Source of the DNA: the human T2T-CHM13v2.0 reference genome, Homo sapiens
Reading direction: 5' to 3' (one strand)
NCBI RefSeq assembly: GCF_009914755.1
Contig: NC_060939.1
DNA: 64,000 nucleotides
Position 1 is the stretch's first letter. Each line of letters begins with the position of its first letter. A program made the translations under genes and the position numbers. The notes under the pieces are model-generated. The model saw nothing but the letters and a program-made list of their open reading frames with translations. It was not told where the DNA came from and made no database searches. Positions 13,311-25,767 of this stretch are shown here, piece by piece.

Positions 13311-14030
13311 TGTCGACCTAAAAGGAAGAAGCTGAGGCAAAATTAATGTAAGTAGAGAGCGTATTGGGGCCAAGCTTGAGGATTGCAACCTGGGAGCATA
13401 GATTCAAGTTGCTCTGAATATACACATTGATTAGCAGCAGTTACAGGTGAATTTTTAGAGGCAAAACAGGTGGACTGATACAAAGTTGTTAGGAATTTTT
13501 GTTAGTTTACAGAAATAACATTGATTAGTGATTGGCTATACATTGTTAAGCTATGTGTGTGGCATTAGGTTAATTTATAGCTACTTGTTGCAATAGCAAG
13601 CAGTTTCAACAGATGACTGCATAGCTCAAGAGGCAGGAAGTAGGATGTAATTGCTGTCTCATTTTAATGCCTCTCTGGGCCTGATTTATTTATTTATTTT
13701 TATTTTTATTTTTTTGAGATGGGGCCTAGCTCTATCGCCCAGGCTGGAGTGCAGTGGCAAGATCTCGGCTCACCGCAACATGTGCTTCTCGGGGTCAAGC
13801 CAGCCTCTCACCTCAGTCTCCTGAGTAGCTGGGACTACATGCACGTGCCAGCATGCCCATCTTGTATTTTTTGCCATGTTGCCCAGGCTGGTCTTGAACT
13901 CCTGAGCTCAAGCACTCCACCTGCCTTGGCCTCCCAAAGGGCTAGGATTACAGGCATGAGCCACTGTGCCCTAGCCGGGGCCTGATAATTTGAAAGGGCT
14001 CATATTCCTCAGATAAAAGTTCTTTTCTCA
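13311..14030 (-). mobile_element. ERV1 (MER4-group) solo LTR interrupted by an Alu
   Basis: tgtcgacctaaaaggaagaagctgaggcaaaattaat... to ...ttttctca; sequence resumes across the Alu TSD. Confidence 0.65.
13686..13976 (-). mobile_element. AluJ inside the LTR
   Basis: TSD gggcctgat at 13677-13685 and 13978-13986. Confidence 0.9.
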
Positions 14031-14562
14031 AAGTAAAACAAAAACAAAAGAGAGAGATTGAAACAATAATAACAAAAGTTATTGCTTTGGATGTTGATGA
14101 GCCACGCTAACTACTGGTTCTTTTTAGAGTAAGGAAGACCCTCTGATTCTGTGCTGAGATGTGTTGATAAAAATCTAGAATGGGGTGAAAGGCCTGGACT
14201 GACTAAGGCTTACGAGACAATTAAATTGACTTTAAATTGAATAAATCTGGTAAGAAAGTCAAGCCAAACTGTTTTTGGAATTTGGTAGCTGTTAAGAATG
14301 AGAGGAGTTGATACCTTGGTAGAAAAGAGTTTTTAGGAATCAACCTAACAAGAAAGTAGGCAAAGTTCTAATACTTTGGTAGCCAGCACTGGCTAAAGTG
14401 CAACTTGTTAGCAGACAATATTGAAGGTATTTCAGAAGTATTTTACTCGTTGCCTTTTACTATCAATGTAGTGACCATGTGTTTTGAACAGATTAGTATT
14501 ATTTAATTCCTTTGGTTAGACATAGGAATTAAACTTCTTTTATTCTCAAAGTCTCACATACT

Positions 14563-15336
14563 TGTAATCTCCTGATGGGCTCTTCTTACCCACTGCACAG
14601 ATAAACCCAATTCACTGAGACAGTGTTATTGCAGTAAAGAAAGAGTTTAATGCAGGGCTGGCCAAACAGAAGGACAAGAGTTTATTATTACTCAAATCAG
14701 CCTCCCTGGGAACTCAGAGGGAGGCTAAGGTTTTTAATGGGTAATGTGGTGGCCAGGAGGATAGGGAATTATCCTGTTGCTGATTGGTTGAGGATGAAAT
14801 TATAGGGGTACGGAAAAACGGTCTTCATGTGCTGAGTCCACCCACCTCTGGGTGGAGGCCACAGGACCGGTTTGAGTCATGAGTCACGGGTCCCAGTGGA
14901 GTCAGTCTGTTGTCAGAATGAAAAATTTTGAAAAACATCTCAAAAGACCAGCCTTAGGTTCTCAATAGTGATGTTATCTATAGGAGCAATTGGGGATGTC
15001 ACAAATCTTGTGACCTCTGGCCACATGACTCCCTAGAAGCAAAAGACTATAGAAACTATGCCTACATTTTATTAGAATTCATGCCCCTCCTGTAATTCTA
15101 ACCTTGTGACCTTTCATTAATTTTCATTCCCTGAGCAAGGAGGGGGATTAGTTTTAGGGGGGGACTGTTATCATCCTTGCTTCCAAGTTAAACTATAAAC
15201 TGCATTTCTCCCATGGTTAACTTGGCCTATATCCAGGAATGAGTTAGAACAGCCATCCTGTGAGGCTAGAAGCAAGGTGGGGTCAGCCATACTAGACTTC
15301 TCTCTCACTGTCATAATCTTTGCAAAGGCGATTTCA
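14563..15336 (-). mobile_element. LTR8A-like ERV1 solo LTR
   Basis: Minus strand begins TGAAATCGCCTTTGCAAAGATTATGAC (LTR8-family start) and ends ...ATTACA. Confidence 0.8.
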
Positions 15337-16609
15337 CATTTATAAAAACCCAGTCATGTTTAATTGTACATATGACAACCTCATGAAAAGGAAGAGTATG
15401 TAAGATAGGAATTACACCAGAAAATCTAGGACATGTGTGCCTTATTTACGTAGCATAGTCTTAACAGATGTGGTTAGGGGATGAGTGGTGAACCTGCTAA
15501 TAATTGGGATAGGAACAGAAGCAAATGTACTGAGCTCATCTTGAGGTCTTCTTGCAGAGCGTTCAGTACAGTGTAATCCCTGTGTTTCTATTTCTTAAAG
15601 TATAGAAGTGGAGAAACAGTATTTTGCATGGCAATGTTTTGCATGTGTTAGTAGGTTAACCCTTTTAAAAGGGTACTTTATTTTCATTTGGAAAAAGTGT
15701 GGAAGTAGTGAGAGGGACACCTATTGTTATTTAACCTGTTGCCTAATTTCTGTGTATTATATTTTGCTTCAAACATTAAATTTTCCAAGTGTTCAAGCCA
15801 TCGAAGGTAGACAAGCAATGTAGAGAACCATTATGTCTTACTCAAAGCTAATATAACCATCTACTAAATAGATGGATAAGGTCGCTTGGGAAATGTGTTC
15901 AACGAAATAAACATATATTGTTTAATTGGTTTATTTTTTTATATGGGCAGTTAGGTAAGCATGTTATTTCAGGTGGCATATGTGGAAGCATTTTGGGACT
16001 ATGTGTAGGTGTAACAATGCTAAGCTTTCTTTTAGTTAATCAGGGAAGACTTCATGGAAGAGCATGAGTAGGTGTGCATAAGAAACTGAGGGGGTATGGA
16101 TTATTTTTGTGAAGAGCTTCAAAACCAAGGGGAACTATATCATATTTGAAATTAAGAGTAACAAGGTTTAATTTTTTATTATATGAGATAGATGAAGAGG
16201 GTGAGACATATCACCTTTTTTTAGACTTTATGTATGTTATACTAATTTCATGTTTACTTCTTTCCCTATATATTCTTCAGTTACATTAAGAGCATCTTGA
16301 GAGTGGAAATTATCTCTTCTGTTTCTTTGGTGTCCCATATAGAACAAAATTATGAACACGCTTACAGAAATCTCAGTTAAAAAGAAGTTTAACTTTTCAG
16401 ATATGGAAGGTGTGAGCATTTCTTGTTAGTCATTGGGCAGAGTATGGGTCAAGAGAGGACATGGGACCAAGAACTGGGGCAGAACGTTGATCGTGTTTCT
16501 AGCTTCGAGGGCCAACCTGAGGCCATTGTGTCATGCTGAAATGGGAAGGCATGGGTAAGCTCTGGAGCTAGCAGGTTAAACTAGTGATGGGACAGAAAAC
16601 ATTGGCATC

Positions 16610-16674
16610 GGGCGCGGTGGCTCACGCCTGTAATCCCAGCACTTTGGGAGGCCCAGGAGGGCGGATCACAAGGT
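16610..16674 (+). mobile_element. 3'-truncated, tail-less Alu head (AluY/Sc/Sg-type)
   Basis: gggcgcggtggctcacgcc...ggatcacaaggt, flanked by perfect cagaaaacattggcatc at 16593-16609 and 16675-16691. Confidence 0.92.
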
Positions 16675-16924
16675 CAGAAAACATTGGCATCAACAGTGGC
16701 TTAGCATACAGATGTGGGTCAGGATTCTTGCCAATCATAAGGAAACAGTTTGAGAATGCTATTCAGAATGAGCTACATGCCTCAGAATCTGTCTTAGGAA
16801 AACAGGCTTATATAGGGCAGCACCAAGGATAAAATGTTCTTTACACAGAAGTGACTTGTTTGGTCTTTCTACGATTTTACCACAGTGACTGAAACCTAAC
16901 AGATAGGAGTTCTTATATTTAGGA

Positions 16925-17158
16925 CAGTTGACTGTTGAACAACATGGGTTTGAACTGTATGGGTCCATTTATACTTAGATTTTTTTTTTTCAACCAAGCG
17001 TGAATCGAAAATACAGTGTTAATGGGATGTGAAGTCTGAATATATATGGAGGGCCGACTTTTCCTATAGGCGGGTTCCACAGGGACATGAGTATGTGCTG
17101 ATTTTGGTATGTGCAGGGGTCTTTAATCAGTCCCCGGCTTGTACTGAGGGATGACTGT
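16925..17158 (+). mobile_element. MER8-like Tigger MITE
   Basis: cagttgactgttgaacaacatgggtttgaactg...actgagggatgactg + TA. Confidence 0.8.
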
Positions 17159-17283
17159 ATACTGTATTTGTTTTGTGGGTTTGACCTATAATGGTAGGAA
17201 GTGTGATTTCAAATAGTTTAACTTATTTTTTTCTTTTAATCATAAACCCTGGTGATCAATATTTGTCAGGCAGATCTTTTCTT

Positions 17284-18076
17284 TTTTTTATGTATGTATG
17301 TATGTATGTATGTATTATACTTTAAAGTTCTAGGGTACATGTGCACAACGTGCAGGTTTGATACACAGGTATACATGTGCCATGTTGGTTTGCTGCACCC
17401 CTCAACTCATCATTTATATTAAGTATTTCTCTTAATGCTGTCCCTCCCCCAGCTCCCCACCCCCCGATAGGTCCCGGTGTGTGATGTTCCCCATCCTGTG
17501 TCCAAGTGTTCTCATTGTTCATTTCCCACCTATGAGTGAGAACATGTGGTGTTTGGTTTTCTGTCCTTGTGATAGTTTGCTGACAATGATGGTTTCCACC
17601 TTCATCCATGTCCCTGCAAAGGACATGAACTCATCCTTTTTATGGCTGCGTAGTATTCCATGGTGTATATGTGCCACATTTTCTTAATCTAGTCTATCAT
17701 TGATGGACATTTGGGTTGATTCCAAGTCTTTGCTATTGTGAATAGTGCTGCAGTAAACATACATGTGCATGTGTCTTTATAGCAGCATGATTTATAATCC
17801 TTTGGGTATATACCCAGTAATGGGATCACTGGGTCAAATGGTATTTCTAGTTCTAGATCCTTGTGGAATCGCCACCACTGTCTTCCACAATGGTTGAGCT
17901 AATTTACACTCCCACCAACAGTGTAAAAGCGTTCCTATTTCTCCACATCCTCTCCAGCATCTGTTGTTTCCTGACTTTTTAATGATTACCATTCTAATTG
18001 GCGTGAGATGGTATCTCATTGTGGTTTTGATTTTCATTTCTCTGATGACCAGTGATGATGAGCATTTTTTCACGTG
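17284..18076 (-). mobile_element. 5'-truncated L1PA (about L1PA6-7) 3' end
   Basis: L1 3'UTR and ORF2 C-terminus ([13 protein letters not shown]...[21 protein letters not shown]); TSD gtcag(g/a)cagatcttttctt at 17265-17283 / 18077-18095. Confidence 0.95.
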
Positions 18077-18484
18077 GTCAGACAGATCTTTTCTTGTTGG
18101 GCCATGTGACTAGTAGAAGGAAATAGTCATACCCTAATTTAATGAGATTTCTGAATTGAAAGGAGAACAGGTTACTATTTCTAGCTTACACAGGTGGGAG
18201 TTGAAGAATGTACACAGCTCCAGGTGGTTTTCCTTCTCTTTTAAGTGCATTGAGGCTCTTCCTGTTTCTGTTGTATAAGAGACATTAAATGTCATAATTT
18301 GCTGTTCAGGAATTTTAAATTTTTGTTTTGGTTGACATACTAAAAGTTTAGCTGGGGTTATAAGAAATAATCCTAGACAACATCTCCAGTTTTTACCTCA
18401 AGCAGATTATTTGAACAACATTCACTTGTTTCATAGAGATTATTTTTTAAGTATGGAGTTTGATTTTATTCAGTGCTTGTTTAG

Positions 18485-18615
18485 AGTATTTATTGAGCAC
18501 TTGATATGTGCCAAATACTTGTAGGTACTTTATGTCTTTTATTTAATCCTCATGGGAACTTCAAAAGAAAGGAAGTGGTATTTTCAGTTTTAAAAGGTGA
18601 GGACATTGAAACTCT
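18485..18615 (-). mobile_element. MIR
   Basis: tttattgagcacttgatatgtgcca...atttaatcctca...aggtgaggacattgaaactc. Confidence 0.7.
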
Positions 18616-18829
18616 CTTTACCAAACAGAGTAACCACCCCTCCCCATTCTGCTTGAAAAATACACCAATTGATGATCACAACTTACTGATCATTGTATCT
18701 GGTCAGTTATATTCTAGTTTACTTTCATACTTCTGCACCAACCATATGAGTTGTACCCTTACCAAGAGCCAATTATATTGGTTCCCAAACCTCTTAATAA
18801 TTATTTATTTAAAATTAAGCAGATTGGAT

Positions 18830-19445
18830 TCATAAAGAAGTTTTTTTTATGAAAACCGAGGGAATGTTTGGAAAGACTCAAACACAGGGAGGTACAAAAC
18901 TTGCTATTGAATTAGGTGTAAATAAGAAAACAATAAATTGGAGAAAAAACAAATCTGTGTGATTCTGAATTTATTTCTTTGCAAATACATTAGTTTTTGT
19001 TATAGTTTAAAGGTGCCAACCTTTTTGGCACCAGGAACTGGTTTTGTGGAAGACACTTTTCTGTGGATGGTGAGGGTTGTAGGGGATAGTTTTGGGACAT
19101 AAGTATTCCACCTCAGATCATCAGGCATTAGATTCTCATAAGGATCGTGCAACCTAAATCCCTTGCATAGTTCACAACAGGGTTCATGTGCCTATGAAAA
19201 TCTAATGTGACCACTGATCTGACAGGAGGTGGAGCTCAGGCCTTAATGCTCTCTACCCACTGCTTACCTCCTACTGTGGAGCCTGGTTCCTAATAGGCCA
19301 CATATTGGTAGTAATCTGTTGCCCAGGGGTTGTGGACCCCTGCTTTAAAGAAGCAAGACAAATAACTGTGAACAATGTGTTAGGAGTATGGCTCAGGCAA
19401 GAAAGGCAAAGTGCAAAACTAATCTGAGGACCCATACTCAAAAAA
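18830..19445 (+). mobile_element. Old Tigger (pogo-family) transposase 5' relic, interrupted by MER1B
   Basis: Degenerate HTH/CENP-B-like pieces: ttggaaagactc (LERL), gctattgaattaggtgta (AIELGV), gtatggctcaggcaagaaagg (VWLRQER), ggacccatactcaaa (GPILK). Confidence 0.55.
19011..19342 (-). mobile_element. MER1B hAT-Charlie
   Basis: ccaacctttttggcaccagg...ggcattagattctcataagga...ggggttgtggacccctg; flanks gtttaaag/ctttaaag. Confidence 0.85.
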
Positions 19446-19450
19446 GTGTC

Positions 19451-19746
19451 TTTTTTTTTTTTTTTTTTTTTTTGAGACGGAGTCTCGCTCTGTCTCCTAG
19501 GTTAGAGTGAGGTAGTGCGATCTCGGCTCACTGCAGCTTCTGCTAGGATTCAAGCTATTCTCCTGCCTTCTGAGTAGTTGAGATTACAGGCGCCCGCCAC
19601 CAAACCCAACTAATTTCTGTATTTTCAGTAGAGATGTGGTTTCACCATGTTGGCTAGGCTGGTCTTGAACTCCTGACTGCAAGTCATCTGCCTGCCTCAG
19701 CCTCCCAAAGTGCTGGGATTTCAGGCATGAGCCACTGCACCCAACC
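19451..19746 (-). mobile_element. AluS
   Basis: T23 tail, full dimer. Confidence 0.92.
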
Positions 19747-20314
19747 CAAAAAAGGTTCTTGATCCTGAGTTTGGAACCAAATGAAAAATAAGATACAAGA
19801 GAGTAACATAGTAAGACTGGAATGTCAGCTTTATTAATGATAAGATGATCAGAATTCATGGCTTTAGAGCTGCTGCCAAAGGAGCTTGCCGGTACTGCAA
19901 AGAAAATACCCAGAATTTCTGACTTAGACCATTCCATAGTAAGAAGAATAGTGCCAATCAGTAATTGGAAGAATAGTGCCAATCAGTAATATTGGCAGCT
20001 TTTTATTACATTAGCTCCACATATAAAAGAACCATGCACATTCGTCAACAAGCTCACTTCCCTTTGGGATAAGGTAGGTAAGGGAGAGGAACGAATTCTT
20101 CAAGCTAGAAGGCTGAGGTTAGGAAAAGGTAAATCCTACATTAAAATGTTGGGTTATGTTTTATGTTTAAAGGTAGTCAAGGTAATATCTGGCTTATTCA
20201 TTGTATTTTTAATCTGCTTTTGAAATTATGAAAATGTGTTGCATAGCTATGATGGAACAGCACCTAAATTCAAATCTAGTCCTATGTGATTTATAAGTTT
20301 GTGTCCCCGCTACC

Positions 20315-20612
<298 letters not shown>

Positions 20613-21029
20613 TGTGCCCTTTTCACTAAAATCACATTTATTGAGGTTTCTTTGGGGCACTCCTGCTTGCGTTTTCACATTTCTTATCTATGCACCTGAA
20701 TTTTCCCTTTGGAATTTTGACCACAGAACCTGTTTTGTTTCAGTTAGAATAATCCTCAGTCTGGAAATCATGTATTAAATGACACAATGGGATGGAATTG
20801 TAGCCTATAATAAGTGAAGAGAAAGAGAAGATTACCACCTAAGAGCTTTAAATACTTGAAATGCGCCTGGTCTCCAGATGCAGAGAAGTTGTGTTGAAAG
20901 AATTTGTATGATAGCTCCTCATACAGTGTTTTTATTTATAAAAGTAATTCATGTACATCAGTTTACAAAATAAAAGTTCTTACGTAAGAAATGTTAGTCA
21001 CCAGTGTGATGAAACGTAGAATGAAACCT

Positions 21030-21700
21030 TAAACTGTGTTAATAGAAATGTGGTGTCAGAATCATAGATGGTAGTGGTTCCTTTGTAATCTTCGCTGAGA
21101 TGATGAATTCATTTTCATACTTTAAGAGGGTCACTCGTCAACTGTAGTGACTTAGAAAGGCATGTTTAGGATTTGAGCTACTGAAAATGTTCTTGTAGGA
21201 ACAGTTAAAAAACTGGGAATGGGAAGACTGAGAATGTACAGGAATAATACTCTCCAGAGTTTTAAATGCTGTCATGTAGAAGATAATATAGATTTCTCTG
21301 GTGTTCCTCTAGAACAGAGATAGGAAAATTCTTTTTGGAAAGGACCAGGTAAACATTGTGGGCTTTGTGTCACCACTTAACTCTGCAGTTGTAACATGAA
21401 AGCAAGCAGCCATAGACAATATATGGTAAACAAATGGGAATGGCTGTATTCCAACAAAACCTTATTTGTAAAAACAGATAGTGGGCTGGATTTCACCAGC
21501 CAATAGTGTGCCAAACTCTTCTCTGAAAGAGCATCATTTCCATGTCAGGTTAAAAGTTTAGCTTAAGAATTTAAGAGAACTTTCAAGAGAATATGGGTTT
21601 CAGCAGTGAAAAAGACTGTCTTGAGAGGCCTAGTGTCCTGTTACTGATTTATTATAAGCAGCAGTCCAGCATGCTGTTGGTAGGACTCTTGTAGAAGAGA
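21030..21700 (+). mobile_element. L3/CR1-like LINE relic, interrupted by MER58A
   Basis: ggaacagttaaaaaactgggaatg...gctgtcatgtagaaga...gatttctctggtg, resembling the CR1 3' region. Confidence 0.45.
21315..21525 (-). mobile_element. MER58A-like
   Basis: aaggaccaggtaaacatt...gccatagacaat...caacaaaaccttatttgtaaaaacag...gggctggattt. Confidence 0.7.
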
Positions 21701-21988
21701 GGACCAGAGGAATCCTGACTTCTGCCAACTTTTCTCCACAAATTGTCTGTGCTTCTCGGATAAAAATTTTCTGATTTAGTCGTTAATATTTACAGTTTAA
21801 GGGAAAAACATTCAACTCAGTAAATAAGTCTGTATTAAACTTTGCTTTGTATGACTCTGCTTATTTTTTAGTTTCATTGTATTTTATCCAGTACAGTATT
21901 TCATTTTATATATTTTAATTTACGTATACATTTTACATAATATGTATTTTATTGTGTATATGTAAATATTGTATATATAACATACATA

Positions 21989-22326
21989 CAGTCATTTCTT
22001 GATGTCCGTGGGGGATTGGTTCCAGGACCCCTGCAGGTAACAAAATTTGTGGATGCTGAAGGCCTTTATATAAAATGGCGTAGTATTTGCATATAACCTG
22101 TGCACATCCTCCTATACAATTTAAATCATTTCTAGATTACATATAATACCTAATACCATGTAGATGCTATGTAAATAGTTGTTATACTGTATTTTTAAAT
22201 TTGTATTATTTTTTATTTTATTTGTATTGGTTTTTATTTTGTTGTATTTTTTTTTCCCAAATGTTTTCGAACTGAGGTTGAATGAATCTGCAGATACAGA
22301 AACTGAAGATACCTAGGGCTGACTGT
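21989..22326. mobile_element. MER2 Tigger MITE
   Basis: TA-cagtcat...ccgtgggggattggttccaggaccc...ggctgactg-TA. Confidence 0.85.
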
Positions 22327-22907
22327 ATATACAATAAAACATACACATTTTAATGTATGATAAGATTAGTTTTGAGATCTGTTTTGATAGATGTATATAC
22401 TCTAATCAAGATAGGGACCATGTCCATCACTCCAGAAAGTACCCCCTTTCAGTTAGTTTTCTTCAACACCTATGTCTTGGAACGGGTCATCAGATTTCTG
22501 TCACTGTAAATTACCTTTGGCCTGTTGTAGAAATAACTACATAATAATGAAATTGTACAGGATAAACTCTTGTATCTGGCTTCTTTGACTCAGAATGTTT
22601 TCAAGATTTATCCAAGTTGTTGCATGCATCAGAAATTAGTTATCTTAGTGAATAATAGTTTTCCACGTGCCAGTGCTGATTTGGCCATTCGTTCGTTGAT
22701 GTATATTTGGACCTTTTAGAGTTTTTAAGCTATTATGAATAAATCTGTTGTGAAATTCTCTATAAGGTTTTTTATGGTCATTTTTTTTTCTTGGATACAT
22801 ACTGAGTAGAGGAATTGCCAGGTCACATTGTTAACTGTATGGTTAATACTCTGAGAGAGTGGAAAAGTGCTTTTTTAAAGTGATCGTACCACTTTACAGT
22901 CCCACAT

Positions 22908-23567
22908 TGATATGGTTTGGCCGTGTCCCCACCCAAATCTCATGTTGAACTGTAGCTCCCATAATCCCCATGTGTCTCAGGATTCCCCACGTGAATCATG
23001 GGGGTGAATTTTCCCTTACTGTTCTCATGATAGTAAATGTCTCATGAGATCTGATGGTTTTATAAAGGGCAGTTCCCCTGCACACGCTCTCTTGCCTGCC
23101 GCCATGCAAGACTTTGCCTTTGTCTCTTCTTCACCTTCTGCCATGATTGTGACACCTCCCTAGGCATGTGGAACTGTGAGTCCATTAAACCTATGTTTCT
23201 TTTTTTTTTCTTTTGAGATGGAGTCTCACTCTGTTGCCCAGGCTGGAGTGTGGTGGTGTGGTCTTGGCTCACTGCAACCTCTGTCTCCTGGGTTCAAGTT
23301 ATTCTTCTGCCTCAGCCTCCTGAGTAGCTGGGAACACAGGCACGCATCACCACACCCAGCTAGTTTTTGTATTTTTAGTAAGTAGAGACGGGGTTTCGCC
23401 ATGTTGGGCAGGCTGGTCTTGAACTCCTGACCTCAGGTGATCTGCCCGCTTTGGCCTCTCAAAGATTATAGGTGTGAGCCACCGCGCCCGACTGAAACCT
23501 CTTTTTCTTTCATAAATTACCCAGTCTCGGGTATTTCTTCATAGCCTTATGAAAATGTACTAATAAA
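22908..23567 (+). mobile_element. THE1 (C/D-like) MaLR solo LTR with internal Alu
   Basis: tgatatggtttggccgtgtccccacccaaatctc...gaaaatgtactaataaa; 5-bp TSD cacat at 22903-22907 / 23568-23572. Confidence 0.9.
23200..23493 (-). mobile_element. AluSx-like inside THE1
   Basis: Full dimer; TSD aaacct(a/c)t(g/t)tttcttt. Confidence 0.92.
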
Positions 23568-24035
23568 CACATGTAACACATTATTGTTGCAGTTGCTCAA
23601 CATTCTCTATCACACTTGGTATTGTCAGTCATTTTAAGTTTTGTTATTCATGTGGTAGTATCTCATTATGGTTTTAGTTTGCATTTCCCTGATGTTTGAC
23701 GATGTTGGACATTTTTTCATGTGCTTATTGTTCATGTATGTATCTTCTTTTGCCCGTTTTTAAATCAAGTTGCCAGCTTTTTGTTAAATTTAAAGGGCGC
23801 CTCATAATTTTGGATATAAAATCTTTTGTCAGTTATACGTAATATGAATATTTTCTCCCAGCCTTTTCATTGTCTGAATAGTCTTTTGAGGGGCATTAGG
23901 ATTTTATTTTGATAGGATCATTTACCAAAGCTTTCATTGTCTTGTCTAAAAAACATCTTTGCTTACTGCAAAATTGTGAAGAATTTTTCTTGTTTTCTTC
24001 AGAAGTTTTGTGGTTTTAGATTTTATATGTAGTCC

Positions 24036-24330
24036 TTTTTTTTTTCTTTTTGGAGGCAGTCTCACTGTGTCGCCCAGGCTGAGGTGCAGTAATGCGATCT
24101 TGGCTCACTGCACCTTCTCCCTCCCGGTTCAAGCGATTCTCCTGCATCAGCTTCCTGAGTAGCTGGAATTACAGGTGTGCGCCACCATGCCCAGCTAATT
24201 TTTTATATTTTTAGTAGAGACGGGGTTTTACCATGTTGGCCAGGCTGGTCTTGAACTCTTGGCCTCAAGTGCTCTCGAACGACCTGGCCTCCCATAGTGC
24301 TAGGATACAGGCATGAACCACCCCACCTGT
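24036..24330 (-). mobile_element. AluS
   Basis: Full dimer. Confidence 0.9.
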
Positions 24331-25369
24331 CTTTACATGTATCATAAGCATTTCAAATTAATTTTCGTTTACATTGTGAAAGAGTGGTTCTTCCAGTGTG
24401 AAAGAGTGGTTCTTCCACTACATAATTGGTTGTTCCAGCACCACTTGTTTGAGACTATCATGTCTTCATTGAATTTTTTTTTTTGGTGCCTTAGTTGAAA
24501 ATCATTTGACCACATGTATTTGATTCTATTTCTGTACTCTCTATTCTTGTATTAATCATTATGTCTATTGTAATTTATGCCTACCTGACTTTGTTTTTCT
24601 TTTTAAAAATTATGTTGCCTATTCTGAGCCTTCGTACTTCCATATGCACTTTAGAATCAGCTTGCAGTTTCATTTTAGAAAGGCTTGCTAGAATTTTGAT
24701 TGGAATTACATCGATTATTTGTTTTATTTTTTACTATTCCTCCACCTTATTACTTGGAGAAAAGTATACTTTGTACTACGCTATATGGGTTGTTCAGTTG
24801 TGTTGTTTTTAAGTTTTATATTTAAAAATTAACATGGAGTAAAATGGACTTTTTTGGTGTATAAGTCAATAAACTTTGACATGTGTAGCTCTGTGTAACG
24901 CATACCACGGTCAAGATATATATAGTTCTGTTACCCTATAAACCATGTTCAAGCTGTTACTTTCCCCTTTTCTCACCTCTTAATCCCTGGCAGCCATTGA
25001 TCTGTTCTCTGTTACTGTAGTTTTATCTTGTTGGAGACTGCGTATAAATGTAATAATACAATGCAGTATGTAATGTTTTGACACTGGCTTCTTTCACTAA
25101 GCATAATTACATGTGAGATTCAACTATGTTGTAGGTATCAGTAGTTTCTTTTCTTTTATTGCTGAGTGGTGTTACGTTATATGGATGTACCATAGTTTGT
25201 TTTTTCATGTTAAAGGACATTTGTGTTTTTTATAGTTTTTGGAGATAAGAGTAGAGTCGCTATGAACATTTTTGTGCATGTTTTTGTATGAACATAAGTT
25301 TTCATTTCTATAGTTTTCATTTCAAATCTCACCTGGGAATAAGATTACTGGGTCATGTGATAATTTGTA

Positions 25370-25527
25370 GAGTTTGCTTTATTGATTAATTAATTGATTA
25401 ATCAGTTGATTAATTGAGTCGTGGTCTTGCTCTGTCACTGAGGCAGGAGTTTGCTTTATTGATTGATTAATTGATTAATCAATTGATTAATTGAATCATG
25501 GTCTTGCGCTGTCACTGAGGCAGGAGT
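25370..25527. repeat. 77-bp tandem duplication covering an Alu tail
   Basis: Copies start at 25370 and 25447; GAGT microhomology. Confidence 0.9.
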
Positions 25528-25767
25528 GCAGTGGCATGATGATAGCTCACTGCAGCCTGAAACTCCTGAGCTCAACTGATTCTCCCACCCCAGCCTCCTG
25601 AGTAGCTGGGACCACAGGTGCAAGCCAGCACACCTGGCTAACCTGGCTAACTTTATTTATTTTTTTGTAGAAAATGGGATCTTGCTGTGTTGCCCAGGCT
25701 GTTCTCAAATTCCTGCCTCAGCCTCTCAAAATGCTGGGATTATAGGAAAGAGCCACTGTACCTGGCC
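25494..25767 (-). mobile_element. AluJ
   Basis: gcagtggcatgatgatagctcactgcagcc...gagccactgtacctggcc. Confidence 0.88.

Larger units (their letters stand above)
22330..25365 (-). mobile_element. Old L1M (L1MB/ME-type) 3' fragments hosting a THE1 LTR and Alus
   Basis: gtatctcattatggttttagtttgcatttccctgatg, ccagcaccacttgtttgagact and other L1M 3'-end motifs. Confidence 0.75.

Noticed and set aside
17322-18073. ORFs resembling a zinc-knuckle protein
   Set aside because: ORF2 C-terminus and 3'UTR of a 5'-truncated L1PA; non-functional
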